A DNA stretch of 64,000 nucleotides. It comes from a virus. Its lineage: Duplodnaviria; Caudoviricetes. The notes under the pieces were generated by a model that saw only the letters and a program-made list of their open reading frames with translations, made no database searches and was not told where the DNA came from. Below, one piece after another: positions 1-8,150 of this stretch (position 1 is its first letter; every line of letters begins with the position of its first letter). The position numbers and the translations under genes are program-made. Where the stretch lies: the IMG/VR virus record IMGVR_UViG_3300020727_000019, positions 761-64,760 of that record; one strand, given 5' to 3'.

Positions 1-2
1 GT

Positions 3-338
3 GAAGAGGGGCAGGACATTGCAATCAGGTTGGTTATTGCCAATCTACAGATGGAAAAGTTAAATGAGGAAATGCGAGAGTACATGGTGTACCACGTTCC
101 TCCTGAGATGAAAGACTTGTACAGTCGTGTAAACAAAATGGTTGGCCACATTGCCAATCAGCAGGCATTAGCAAGAAAGGCAGAGCTAGACAAGAAACGG
201 AAAGCGGCATGGCTAAAACGTCAGCGTCAAGAAGAGATTCGAGACAAAACAATAGCTATAACGCTTACAGTTCTAATGATAGGGTGGATATGGATAATGA
301 TGATGGTGATCGCTCATTCTTCGTCATTGTTGTCGTAG
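3..338 (+). CDS. 5'-truncated coiled-coil protein with C-terminal TM helix (allele A of 61574..62293)
   Basis: EEGQDIAIRLVIANLQMEKLNEEMREY matches EEGNDIAIKLVIANLQMEKLNEEMREY of the right-end copy. Confidence 0.85.
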   Translation, partial: EEGQDIAIRLVIANLQMEKLNEEMREYMVYHVPPEMKDLYSRVNKMVGHIANQQALARKAELDKKRKAAWLKRQRQEEIRDKTIAITLTVLMIGWIWIMMMVIAHSSSLLS

Positions 339-451
339 CATTGATGGTGGTCATTCTGTTGTTTGTCCCGCTTTTATCTTGGATGTACATTGACATTAAA
401 ATGATGGAGATTAGAGTCAACAAAGCTCTTTCAAAGATTGAAAGCAAATGA
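290..451 (+). CDS. Small single-TM lysis-region protein (allele A)
   Basis: MDNDDGDRSFFVIVVVALMVVILLFVPLLSW; conserved in the allele at 62242..62400; ATGA-coupled to the next gene. Confidence 0.7.
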   Translation: MDNDDGDRSFFVIVVVALMVVILLFVPLLSWMYIDIKMMEIRVNKALSKIESK

Positions 452-672
452 AGTACTTGTTTTTACTATTATTGTTGACGGGCTGTGGCGATACCTACAG
501 GTATTATTGCCAAAACCCTGATAATTTCAGCTCTGCTCAATGCCAAAAACCTCGATGTGAGTTTGACCAAACCTGCCCTGAATATCTTGTAGCACCTGTT
601 TTGGAGAAGAAAATTGAAGGAACTGTTATTAGCCCTGTTCAACAGCCCCAAGGAACGCCTGTCTGCCGATGA
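448..672 (+). CDS. Cys-rich lipoprotein in lysis cassette (allele A)
   Basis: Signal peptide MKYLFLLLLLTG-C (lipobox LTGC) plus further conserved Cys; conserved at 62397..62621. Confidence 0.8.
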   Translation: MKYLFLLLLLTGCGDTYRYYCQNPDNFSSAQCQKPRCEFDQTCPEYLVAPVLEKKIEGTVISPVQQPQGTPVCR

Positions 673-1072
673 GATAGAAGTCCGTGTGCGGGCTTTTGTG
701 ATCATCATGGTGACGCTAATCTTTGCGTTCATCACCTTTGCGCTTCTATATTCAGTGACATTTGTCACTCAGCCTATCAAACAGATGGCTCCAATAGATC
801 AAGCCTATACCAAGATGCTTAATGATATAGTGTTACTTATCGTTGGCGGGATAGGGGGGATATTGACCAAGGGTCTAACCAACGAGGCAACCAACATGAT
901 GAATGCAGCAAAATCCAATAAGGATGCATATGTAGCCCCACCACCCCCTCCAGTTGTCATGGTATCTCAGCCATCAGGATGGACACCTCCTCCTGCTCCT
1001 ACAGCTCCTCCCGCCTTGGAAGATGACGCAGAACGTGAGAGAATGGCACATGCGAGGGCTAGTAATGCTTAG
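614..1072 (+). CDS. Two-TM membrane protein with Pro-rich tail, holin-like candidate (allele A)
   Basis: Two hydrophobic segments (AFVIIMVTLIFAFITFALLY; IVLLIVGGIGGIL); conserved at 62563..63024; start uncertain (TTG). Confidence 0.7.
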   Translation: MKELLLALFNSPKERLSADEIEVRVRAFVIIMVTLIFAFITFALLYSVTFVTQPIKQMAPIDQAYTKMLNDIVLLIVGGIGGILTKGLTNEATNMMNAAKSNKDAYVAPPPPPVVMVSQPSGWTPPPAPTAPPALEDDAERERMAHARASNA

Positions 1073-1532
1073 TTTCCTCAATCCTTGGTTCATCATAGGC
1101 GCTATATGCGCCGTCTTAGGAGTCTACTATGCAGGACATCATAACGGTTATCAAGAACGTGTTACAGAAGATCAAGTTGAAATTGCAAGGCTTAATGACG
1201 AAGCAAGAGCCAAAGAAGCCGAACTAAACAAGAAAGTCACGCAGACTGCGTATGCTTTACGGAAGGCCAAAGATGACATTGCGTTTAAACAGTCTACTAT
1301 TAACGAGCGTGTTCGTACTGGTGAATTGCGCCTCCCCGGCTGTCCCGTACAAACCACCGCAGATGCCGGAGCTACCCCCGGAGATCGGAACCCCGATGAT
1401 GGCCAATCTAACAGACAGGCTATTGAAGCTATTGTCGCCATCGCCGCAGACGGAGACCGTGCCATCACCCAGCTCAACGCCTGTATTGACACCTACCAAA
1501 AAGTAAGGGAGATGGTCAATGTTAAGCCCTGA
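1065..1532 (+). CDS. Rz: Rz-like inner-membrane spanin (allele A)
   Basis: N-terminal TM then coiled coil (EIARLNDEARAKEAEL) and C-terminal LNACIDTY; contains an embedded lipoprotein ORF; directly precedes the endolysin. Confidence 0.85.
   Translation: MLSFLNPWFIIGAICAVLGVYYAGHHNGYQERVTEDQVEIARLNDEARAKEAELNKKVTQTAYALRKAKDDIAFKQSTINERVRTGELRLPGCPVQTTADAGATPGDRNPDDGQSNRQAIEAIVAIAADGDRAITQLNACIDTYQKVREMVNVKP
1273..1506 (+). CDS. Rz1: Rz1-like outer-membrane spanin lipoprotein embedded in Rz (allele A)
   Basis: MTLRLNSLLLTSVFVLVN-C lipobox and Pro-rich mature part, in an alternate frame inside Rz; the ORF is preserved in the divergent allele 63333..63566. Confidence 0.85.
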   Translation: MTLRLNSLLLTSVFVLVNCASPAVPYKPPQMPELPPEIGTPMMANLTDRLLKLLSPSPQTETVPSPSSTPVLTPTKK

Positions 1533-2115
1533 GAAGCTCAACCAGCTCGGGATAGGTGCTGAATGGTCGGAACCATTGACTACGACTTTTACTACGTTTG
1601 GGATGAACGATGTCAAGAAGCAGGCAGCTTTTATCGGACAGTGCAGCCACGAGTGCAACCATTTCAAAACACTGGAAGAAAACCTCAACTATCGAGCCGA
1701 AACCCTACAAAAGCTCTTTGGACACAAGTTTCAACCCGATGAGTTTGCCCTTTACGCCCACCAGCCCGAGAAGATTGCCAACAGAATTTACGCCAATCGA
1801 ATGGGAAACCGTGATGAAAAATCAGGAGATGGTTGGCGGTTTCATGGTCGGGGCTGTATTCAGTTGACTGGACACGATAACTATTACCACTTTGGGCAGT
1901 CAGTCCAGAGAGATATGGTCAAAGACCCACAACTTGTTGCGACCCCTATGTATGCTGCTTTGTCTGCTGGGTGGTTCTGGAAGACCCACGGATGCAACGA
2001 TTTGGCCGAGGTGGAGAATTGGCTGGGCTTAACAAAACGCATAAATGGTGGTACATTTGGTCTTGATGAACGTATAAAATTAACCCAACACGCCCTTTCT
2101 GTTTTAGGCGGTTAA
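1519..2115 (+). CDS. Endolysin, glycoside hydrolase family 19
   Basis: GH19 motifs AAFIGQCSHEC, FHGRGCIQLTGHDNY, TKRINGG. Confidence 0.92.
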   Translation: MLSPEKLNQLGIGAEWSEPLTTTFTTFGMNDVKKQAAFIGQCSHECNHFKTLEENLNYRAETLQKLFGHKFQPDEFALYAHQPEKIANRIYANRMGNRDEKSGDGWRFHGRGCIQLTGHDNYYHFGQSVQRDMVKDPQLVATPMYAALSAGWFWKTHGCNDLAEVENWLGLTKRINGGTFGLDERIKLTQHALSVLGG

Positions 2116-2116
2116 C

Positions 2117-4216
2117 ATGCCATTTACTAAAATTGTACTTAAACCTGGCGTTAACAAAGAGAATACCCGCTACTACAATAAAGGCGGGTGGTATGAGAGC
2201 CAGTGGGTCAGATTCCGTCAAGGTAGTCCAGAGAAGATTGGTGGCTGGACGCAGTATTCTCCAAACACATTTTTAGGTGTTTGCCGTTCCCTCTGGAATT
2301 GGATCACACTTTCTGCACAAAATATAATCTCCGTAGGGACGAATTTAAAGTTTTACCTAACAACGGGCGACATTTACTACGATATCACCCCAATCCGGCT
2401 TACGCAAACACTGACCAACCCATTTTCCGCCTCGCTAGGTTCAACGCTTATAACAGTAACAGCATCCGCAAACGGAGCTCTAGCCAATGACTTTGTAACT
2501 TTTAGTGGGGCTACGGGTCTAGGGGGTAACATTACTTCGGCGGTGTTAAACCAGCAATACCAGATCGTAGCTATACTGACAGCCAATTCATTTACTTTTA
2601 ACGCAACCGCTACGGCCACTGCCGCCGATGTCTCAGGCTCACCCGGAGGCGGTACAGTTACTGCCGCCTATCAACTCAATACAGGCCCAGCTTATCAATT
2701 GCCGTCTAACGGATGGGGCGCAGGTAATTGGAACACAGGTACTTGGGGTTATGGTCAAACGGTTAAAAACAATCTCCAGTTGTGGAATGCGTATAACTTT
2801 GGCCAGAACCTGCTCTTTGGCCCACGCGGTGGCGGTATTTATTACTGGACGGCAACTACGCTAGGTACAGGCACCCCTAGAGGTGTGGCGCTTAACACCA
2901 CAGGCGGAACAATTACTATTACTATTGCCTCCCCTGCGGTAGTAACATCCAATGTTACGTTGCCCAATAACAGTTCTATTCAACTGGGCACAACTGGCGC
3001 GCTGCCAACTGGCTTAGCAACGAATACCACATATTATGTTGTCAATGTTTCAGGTACTACGTTTAATCTTGCCGCCACAGCCAACGGCACACCAATAAAC
3101 ACAAGTGGGTCACAGTCGGGCGTGCAGTCTATATCTCTATTGATGGATGTTCCTTTATACCAAAATTATTTGCAAGTCTCAGATGCATCTAATTTTGTCA
3201 TTGTATTTGGTACAAATGACTACGGCTCAAGCACGCTAGACCCCATGTTGATTCGTTGGTCTGACCAGCAAAATCCTTTGGTATGGTATCCAGATATTAC
3301 TAATCAAGCAGGTGATGTGCGCTTATCGCACGGCTCACAAATTGTGACTGCCATTCAAACCCGTCAAGAGATTGTAGTATTGACAGATGCGGCGGTTTAT
3401 TCATTGCAATACCTTGGCCCTCCCTATGTGTGGGGCACGCAATTACTAGGCGAAAACACCACTATTATTGGGCCAAATGCTGCGGCGCTTGCGTCTGGCG
3501 TTGTGTACTGGATGGGTATCGACAAGTTCTATATGTATAGTGGTGGCACTATACAAACACTTAATTGTGACCTGCGCCGATTTGTTTTCCAGAATTTAAA
3601 TTATCAACAGACCCAACAAGTTTATTGCAGTACTGTTGAAGGCTTTAATGAAGTATGGTGGTTCTATGTATCTGGTACAGGTACACAAATTAATAGTTAT
3701 GTGGTGTATAACTATCTTGAAAAGAATTGGTATTACGGCACAATCGGTAGAACTGCTTGGCTAGATACTACGCTTCAAAATAATCCTATTGGCGCAACCT
3801 ATAATGGCCATTTGCTTAACCAAGAGAGTGGGGTGGATGACAATGAAACGGGAACTCCTGCTGCTATTGACGCTTATATATCTTCTTCTGAGTTCGATAT
3901 TGGTGATGGGGATCACTTTGTATTTGTTGATAGGATATTGCCTGACCTTACTTTTTCAGGTTCTACCAGCAATAGCAATCCCGTCACTACAATGACTTTG
4001 TATGCTTTGACCGATTCAGGTTCAGGGGCAACTCAAACATATAACAACAACGTTAATTACACTGCTACATACAATATCACAGAAGAATTTACTGGACAAG
4101 TTTACACCCGCATACGTGGTCGCCAAATGATTCTTAAAATGGAGTCCAATAAGACTGGAACGACTTGGCAGTTAGGTGCTCCACGCTTTAATATTAGACA
4201 GGACGGACGCAGATAA
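2117..4216 (+). CDS. Tail nozzle / packaged-DNA stabilization protein (P22 gp10 / T7 gp12-like)
   Basis: 699 aa beta-rich; motifs LIRWSDQQNP, VYWMGIDKFYMY, NEVWWFY; located upstream of the ejection genes. Confidence 0.75.
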   Translation: MPFTKIVLKPGVNKENTRYYNKGGWYESQWVRFRQGSPEKIGGWTQYSPNTFLGVCRSLWNWITLSAQNIISVGTNLKFYLTTGDIYYDITPIRLTQTLTNPFSASLGSTLITVTASANGALANDFVTFSGATGLGGNITSAVLNQQYQIVAILTANSFTFNATATATAADVSGSPGGGTVTAAYQLNTGPAYQLPSNGWGAGNWNTGTWGYGQTVKNNLQLWNAYNFGQNLLFGPRGGGIYYWTATTLGTGTPRGVALNTTGGTITITIASPAVVTSNVTLPNNSSIQLGTTGALPTGLATNTTYYVVNVSGTTFNLAATANGTPINTSGSQSGVQSISLLMDVPLYQNYLQVSDASNFVIVFGTNDYGSSTLDPMLIRWSDQQNPLVWYPDITNQAGDVRLSHGSQIVTAIQTRQEIVVLTDAAVYSLQYLGPPYVWGTQLLGENTTIIGPNAAALASGVVYWMGIDKFYMYSGGTIQTLNCDLRRFVFQNLNYQQTQQVYCSTVEGFNEVWWFYVSGTGTQINSYVVYNYLEKNWYYGTIGRTAWLDTTLQNNPIGATYNGHLLNQESGVDDNETGTPAAIDAYISSSEFDIGDGDHFVFVDRILPDLTFSGSTSNSNPVTTMTLYALTDSGSGATQTYNNNVNYTATYNITEEFTGQVYTRIRGRQMILKMESNKTGTTWQLGAPRFNIRQDGRR

Positions 4217-4542
4217 TGGCTACAAAACCAATTAATCCGGCAGTACCGAATCTGCCTATAGCCCCAGATCAATACGATAAACAGTATGTAGATAGGCTAG
4301 CCAACGTTTTACGTTTGTTTTTTAATCAATTAAATGGCATTTTAAGTACGTTAACTAATGCATATATCACCAATACAGCTATAACCACAGTAGCCAGCCT
4401 TCCAACAGCATCCACAACCAATGCAGGAACTAGAACTTTTGTATCGGATGCAACGGCTACGACTTTTGGTTCAACCGTGGTAGGTGGCGGTACAAATACT
4501 GTGCCTGTTTACTCGACAGGTACTAGCTGGAAGATAGGTTAA
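4216..4542 (+). CDS. Small tail-associated protein (needle/plug candidate)
   Basis: Coiled-coil LANVLRLFFNQLNGIL, then a fibre-tip-like TVASLPTAS...VPVYSTGTSWKIG. Confidence 0.5.
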   Translation: MATKPINPAVPNLPIAPDQYDKQYVDRLANVLRLFFNQLNGILSTLTNAYITNTAITTVASLPTASTTNAGTRTFVSDATATTFGSTVVGGGTNTVPVYSTGTSWKIG

Positions 4543-4574
4543 ATGGTAAACTTGAACAAATTTAGGGGGTAATC

Positions 4575-5429
4575 ATGGCAGATGGCGGCATAGCAGAAAG
4601 CGCATTGTTAAGTTCGGTAATGACTGGTGCAGCAGTTGGCGGCGGCAGTGCTTTGCTTACAGGCGGTGATCCCCTTAAAGGTGCTTTAATGGGTGGCGTA
4701 ACTGGTGGGGCTATGAGTGGCATTATGCCAGGGGCTTCCGCCGTAACTGGAGATACTGCTGGTGTTGGGATGCCAGAAGCACCACCTAATCCTGATGTTA
4801 ATGTTCCTGCAACCACGCCACAAGGCGGAAATGCCGTATCCGCTGCTTTGCACAGTGATATGGGTTATGGCGCTGCCGCAAGCCCAGCCGAATTAAATGC
4901 TGCTGGGAGCGGTGCTGGCACGGGTATTGGTTCAGGTATTAGTGATATGTGGAACAGTTTATCCACACCTCAAAAAATGTTAGCAGGTGCTGGTGCAGGC
5001 ATTGGGGCAACCATGTATGCGGATCGCAAAAAATACGGCATTCCCACGCAGAAAAAATATACTGGTGCATTAAGCAAATTTTCTTATGACCCATCTACGT
5101 ATGTACCTTACACAATGGCAGAGGGTGGTATCGCTGCACTTGCTGGTGGTGGACATTTAGGTAGTTATTCAGATGGTGGGCATTTGCTTAAAGGCCCGGG
5201 AGATGGCATGTCTGATAATATTCCTGCGTCTATTGGTGAAAAACAACCTGCACGTTTGGCAGATGGAGAATTTGTTATACCTGCTGATGTTGTATCTCAC
5301 CTAGGTAATGGGTCTACAGATGCTGGTGCAAAACAGTTGTACCATATGATGAACAAGGTGCGTAAAGCCCGTACTGGTAATCCAAAGCAAGGCACACAGA
5401 TTAACCCACGCAAATACATGCCAGCATAA
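4575..5429 (+). CDS. Internal virion/ejection protein with conserved GPGDGMSDNIPA...LADGEFV domain
   Basis: Gly/Ala-rich helices typical of ejection proteins; MADGG/MAEGG/YSDGG motifs. Confidence 0.65.
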   Translation: MADGGIAESALLSSVMTGAAVGGGSALLTGGDPLKGALMGGVTGGAMSGIMPGASAVTGDTAGVGMPEAPPNPDVNVPATTPQGGNAVSAALHSDMGYGAAASPAELNAAGSGAGTGIGSGISDMWNSLSTPQKMLAGAGAGIGATMYADRKKYGIPTQKKYTGALSKFSYDPSTYVPYTMAEGGIAALAGGGHLGSYSDGGHLLKGPGDGMSDNIPASIGEKQPARLADGEFVIPADVVSHLGNGSTDAGAKQLYHMMNKVRKARTGNPKQGTQINPRKYMPA

Positions 5430-5438
5430 GGAGACCTT

Positions 5439-6644
5439 ATGGCAACCGCAGATCAAGTTAACGCAGCATTAGCAAGCATAAAACAAGACCCTGTAGCTAG
5501 TAATACGGGTATTGGTGCTAATCTTCAAGGGTTTACACCTAGTGCTTATGTGCCAACACGCTATCAACCAACCTACGATAACCCAATGGGGAATGGTATA
5601 GCCTCGCTATTCGGCAAAGGCTATAGCTCTATGTTTGGCCCTAGCAACCAAAATGGTGGCGCTGCTGGTGGTTATGGCGGTGGCTACAACAATAATGCTG
5701 GCATAACTACACCTGCGTCTAATAATAGCAGTGGTAATCCAAGCTCGTTGACATCTCAATTGGGCGCTGCGTTTAATGGCGGTGTTAATATTGACGCAGC
5801 TAAACTTAATAGCTTAATAAGCCAAAATAATTTAACTTCTAGCCAGATACAAGCTCTATTTCCTGGGTTTGATTTATCTTTACTTGCTAATACTGGTGTT
5901 AATCTTCCTGGTTATACACCCCCTGCGAATACAGGTACAACTACTACGCCCGGTATAAATACGCTAACTCCTACAAGATATTCATCTACAACTACGTCAT
6001 CAGTTCCTGTAGTAAATACACCCACTACTGTTTCTAAACCTATAACGCCTACACCCACTCCAACTCCTACGTCTACTGTGGTTAAGCCCGCAGGTACACC
6101 AACACCCACTCCAACGCCTACACCTACCCCAACTTCTACCACAACAGGTACAGACCCAATAATGGCTGCGTATCAAGCAGGTAACTATACGTTGGCGCAA
6201 CAATTAATTAATCAACAGCATTTAACCCCACAAGATGTTGTTACTAAATATGGACTAAGCCAAGCTGATGCAGCAACTGTAGCTAAAAACTTGGGAGGAA
6301 ATTACGATATGAGTAATGTCCAATACTATGTCCCACCAACTGCTACTCCAACACCTTCAAGTTCAGGTATCACAACACTACCTGGGGCAACCAATACAAA
6401 CTCATCTGTAGCGAGTGCGGTGACCCCAACACCTACTCCAACATCTAGCCCATCGTATACGCCATATACAGATCAAAATATTCAAAATTACATAGCTCAA
6501 TCAGGCATTAATATTAATGATCCTGCTGCTGTTGCAGCGGCTGTTGCGGCACAACATGCTGACCCTGCTGCTGTGGCTAATGTGATAACAAATATGCAGC
6601 AACAAGCTGCGGCTTCTTCAGGCTATGACACAGGTGGTGGCTAA
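5439..6644 (+). CDS. Low-complexity Pro/Thr-repeat virion protein
   Basis: 401 aa with several (PT)n linkers between small helical modules; preceded by AGGAG. Confidence 0.6.
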   Translation: MATADQVNAALASIKQDPVASNTGIGANLQGFTPSAYVPTRYQPTYDNPMGNGIASLFGKGYSSMFGPSNQNGGAAGGYGGGYNNNAGITTPASNNSSGNPSSLTSQLGAAFNGGVNIDAAKLNSLISQNNLTSSQIQALFPGFDLSLLANTGVNLPGYTPPANTGTTTTPGINTLTPTRYSSTTTSSVPVVNTPTTVSKPITPTPTPTPTSTVVKPAGTPTPTPTPTPTPTSTTTGTDPIMAAYQAGNYTLAQQLINQQHLTPQDVVTKYGLSQADAATVAKNLGGNYDMSNVQYYVPPTATPTPSSSGITTLPGATNTNSSVASAVTPTPTPTSSPSYTPYTDQNIQNYIAQSGININDPAAVAAAVAAQHADPAAVANVITNMQQQAAASSGYDTGGG

Positions 6645-7075
6645 TGAATTTAACTGTGCAATATGCGGATACCAACTACGTTCAGCAGCTTTGGCCTAAA
6701 GTAGAACCTTTTATTAGGGAAGCTTTGGACAAGGGTGGGGACTTCCCAGATTGGGCTGCATCGTATACAGTAGAACATGTCCAGTCATATTTAACTGCGG
6801 GTCAGTGGCTTTTGTTGGTTGCCGTAGATGATGCAGGTGAGATTCATGGTGCGGCAACCGTGTCGTTTATTAATTACCCATTGCACAGAGTTGCGTTTGT
6901 AACTTCTATTGGGGGCAAATTAATATCAAATGACAATACATTTGAGCAGTTAAAGCAAATCCTAAAACAACGTGGCGCAACAAAGATACAAGGATACGGC
7001 AGACCAGCTATCGTACGTCTTTGGAAGCGATACAATTTCGAACCTAGAAACACTTTAGTTGAGGTGCTATTATGA
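6644..7075 (+). CDS. GNAT-fold protein (P22 gp14-like position)
   Basis: 143 aa; WLLLVAVD...IHGAATV...GYGRPAIVRLWKRYNF resembles an acetyltransferase fold; lies immediately before the pilot protein. Confidence 0.6.
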   Translation: MNLTVQYADTNYVQQLWPKVEPFIREALDKGGDFPDWAASYTVEHVQSYLTAGQWLLLVAVDDAGEIHGAATVSFINYPLHRVAFVTSIGGKLISNDNTFEQLKQILKQRGATKIQGYGRPAIVRLWKRYNFEPRNTLVEVLL

Positions 7076-8148
7076 GCAGTGGCGGCGGTGGTACACCCAC
7101 ATCACAAACGATTACCCAGTCAAACATACCTGATTGGCTGCAACCACAAGTAGAAACTCTACTAGGTGGGGCTACACAACAACTATTTAATACAAATCCA
7201 AATACAACAACTGATGCAAGTGGTAATCAAGTTACTACACAAGATATAACTGGAGTAAAGCCATACAATCCGTATAGCCAAAATCCTTCAGACTATATTG
7301 CTGGGTTTAGCCCTTTGCAGCAAGCATCTCAGGCGGGTGCTGGGCAGCTTCAAGTACCTGGGCAAATTGGTACTGGTTCAGATATTACTGCGGCAAGCGC
7401 CGCTACTTCCGCTGATGTGGGACAACGTGGTCTAGGCTATGGGCAAAACGCAGCCGATGTGGGTGCTAATTATGCAGCTAGTGCTACTGATCCTAATGCC
7501 ATAGCGCAGTACATGAATCCGTATTTGCAGAATGCGCTATTACCACAGGAACAATTACTAGCACAACAACAAGCTACACAGGGCCAGCAACAACAAGCAC
7601 AGGCCGCACAAGCTGGTGCTTTGGGTGGGTCACGTTTTGGTGTCCAACAAGCCGCACAAAATCAAGCTAACCAATTAGCTATGAGTAATCTAGTCGGTCA
7701 AGGGTACTCTAATGCATATAACCAAGCTAACCAAAACCAACAATTTGGTGCTAACCTAAACCTACAAGGTAATCAGGCTGCATTGCAAGGGGTAAATACT
7801 GCACTGCAAGGTCTAAACCAAGCTGGTAGTATGGGTACACAGTTGGGTAACTTAGGTGGGCAAGAACTTGCAGCTCAAACAGGTATTCTTGGTTTGCAAA
7901 ATCAAATGGGTGCGCAACAACAAACCCAACAACAAAATATTATTAACCAAGGTATTCAGAATTACGCTAATGCGCAACAGTACCCAATGCAACAGCTTAA
8001 TGCCTACAACGCATTGTTGCGTGGTTATGCAATTCCTGGACAGACTGCAACTCAGTATCAAGCAGCTCCAAGTGCTGTTTCACAATTGGCTGGTTTGGGT
8101 ACGGCGGGTATTGGGGCGTTGGGTTTATATAACACCATGAGTAAATAA
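7072..8148 (+). CDS. DNA ejection/pilot protein
   Basis: Gln/Gly/Ala-rich; N-terminal MSSGGGG; C-terminal amphipathic VSQLAGLGTAGIGALGLY. Confidence 0.7.
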   Translation: MSSGGGGTPTSQTITQSNIPDWLQPQVETLLGGATQQLFNTNPNTTTDASGNQVTTQDITGVKPYNPYSQNPSDYIAGFSPLQQASQAGAGQLQVPGQIGTGSDITAASAATSADVGQRGLGYGQNAADVGANYAASATDPNAIAQYMNPYLQNALLPQEQLLAQQQATQGQQQQAQAAQAGALGGSRFGVQQAAQNQANQLAMSNLVGQGYSNAYNQANQNQQFGANLNLQGNQAALQGVNTALQGLNQAGSMGTQLGNLGGQELAAQTGILGLQNQMGAQQQTQQQNIINQGIQNYANAQQYPMQQLNAYNALLRGYAIPGQTATQYQAAPSAVSQLAGLGTAGIGALGLYNTMSK

Positions 8149-8150
8149 TC

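Larger units (their letters stand above)
1..1940. repeat. Terminal overlap, copy A (matches about 61953-64000); divergent allele over 1-~1500, identical over 1543-1940
   Basis: Same gene order and homologous proteins at both ends. 1543-1940 reads identical to 63603-64000 (offset 62060), with one mismatch at 1542/63602 and many substitutions/indels upstream. Confidence 0.95.

Noticed and set aside
1610-1867. Alternate-frame ORF inside the endolysin (also at 63670..63927)
   Set aside because: Its presence in both copies is uninformative because the DNA is identical there. It has no lipobox, TM segment or RBS.
5912-6203. Antisense ORFs with VGVGVG repeats, and the many other opposite-strand ORFs in the track (e.g. 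11166..11606, 38907..39254, 50472..50853)
   Set aside because: They are shadows of the codon-biased or low-complexity sense genes, lack RBSs and conflict with the clear two-arm strand organisation.
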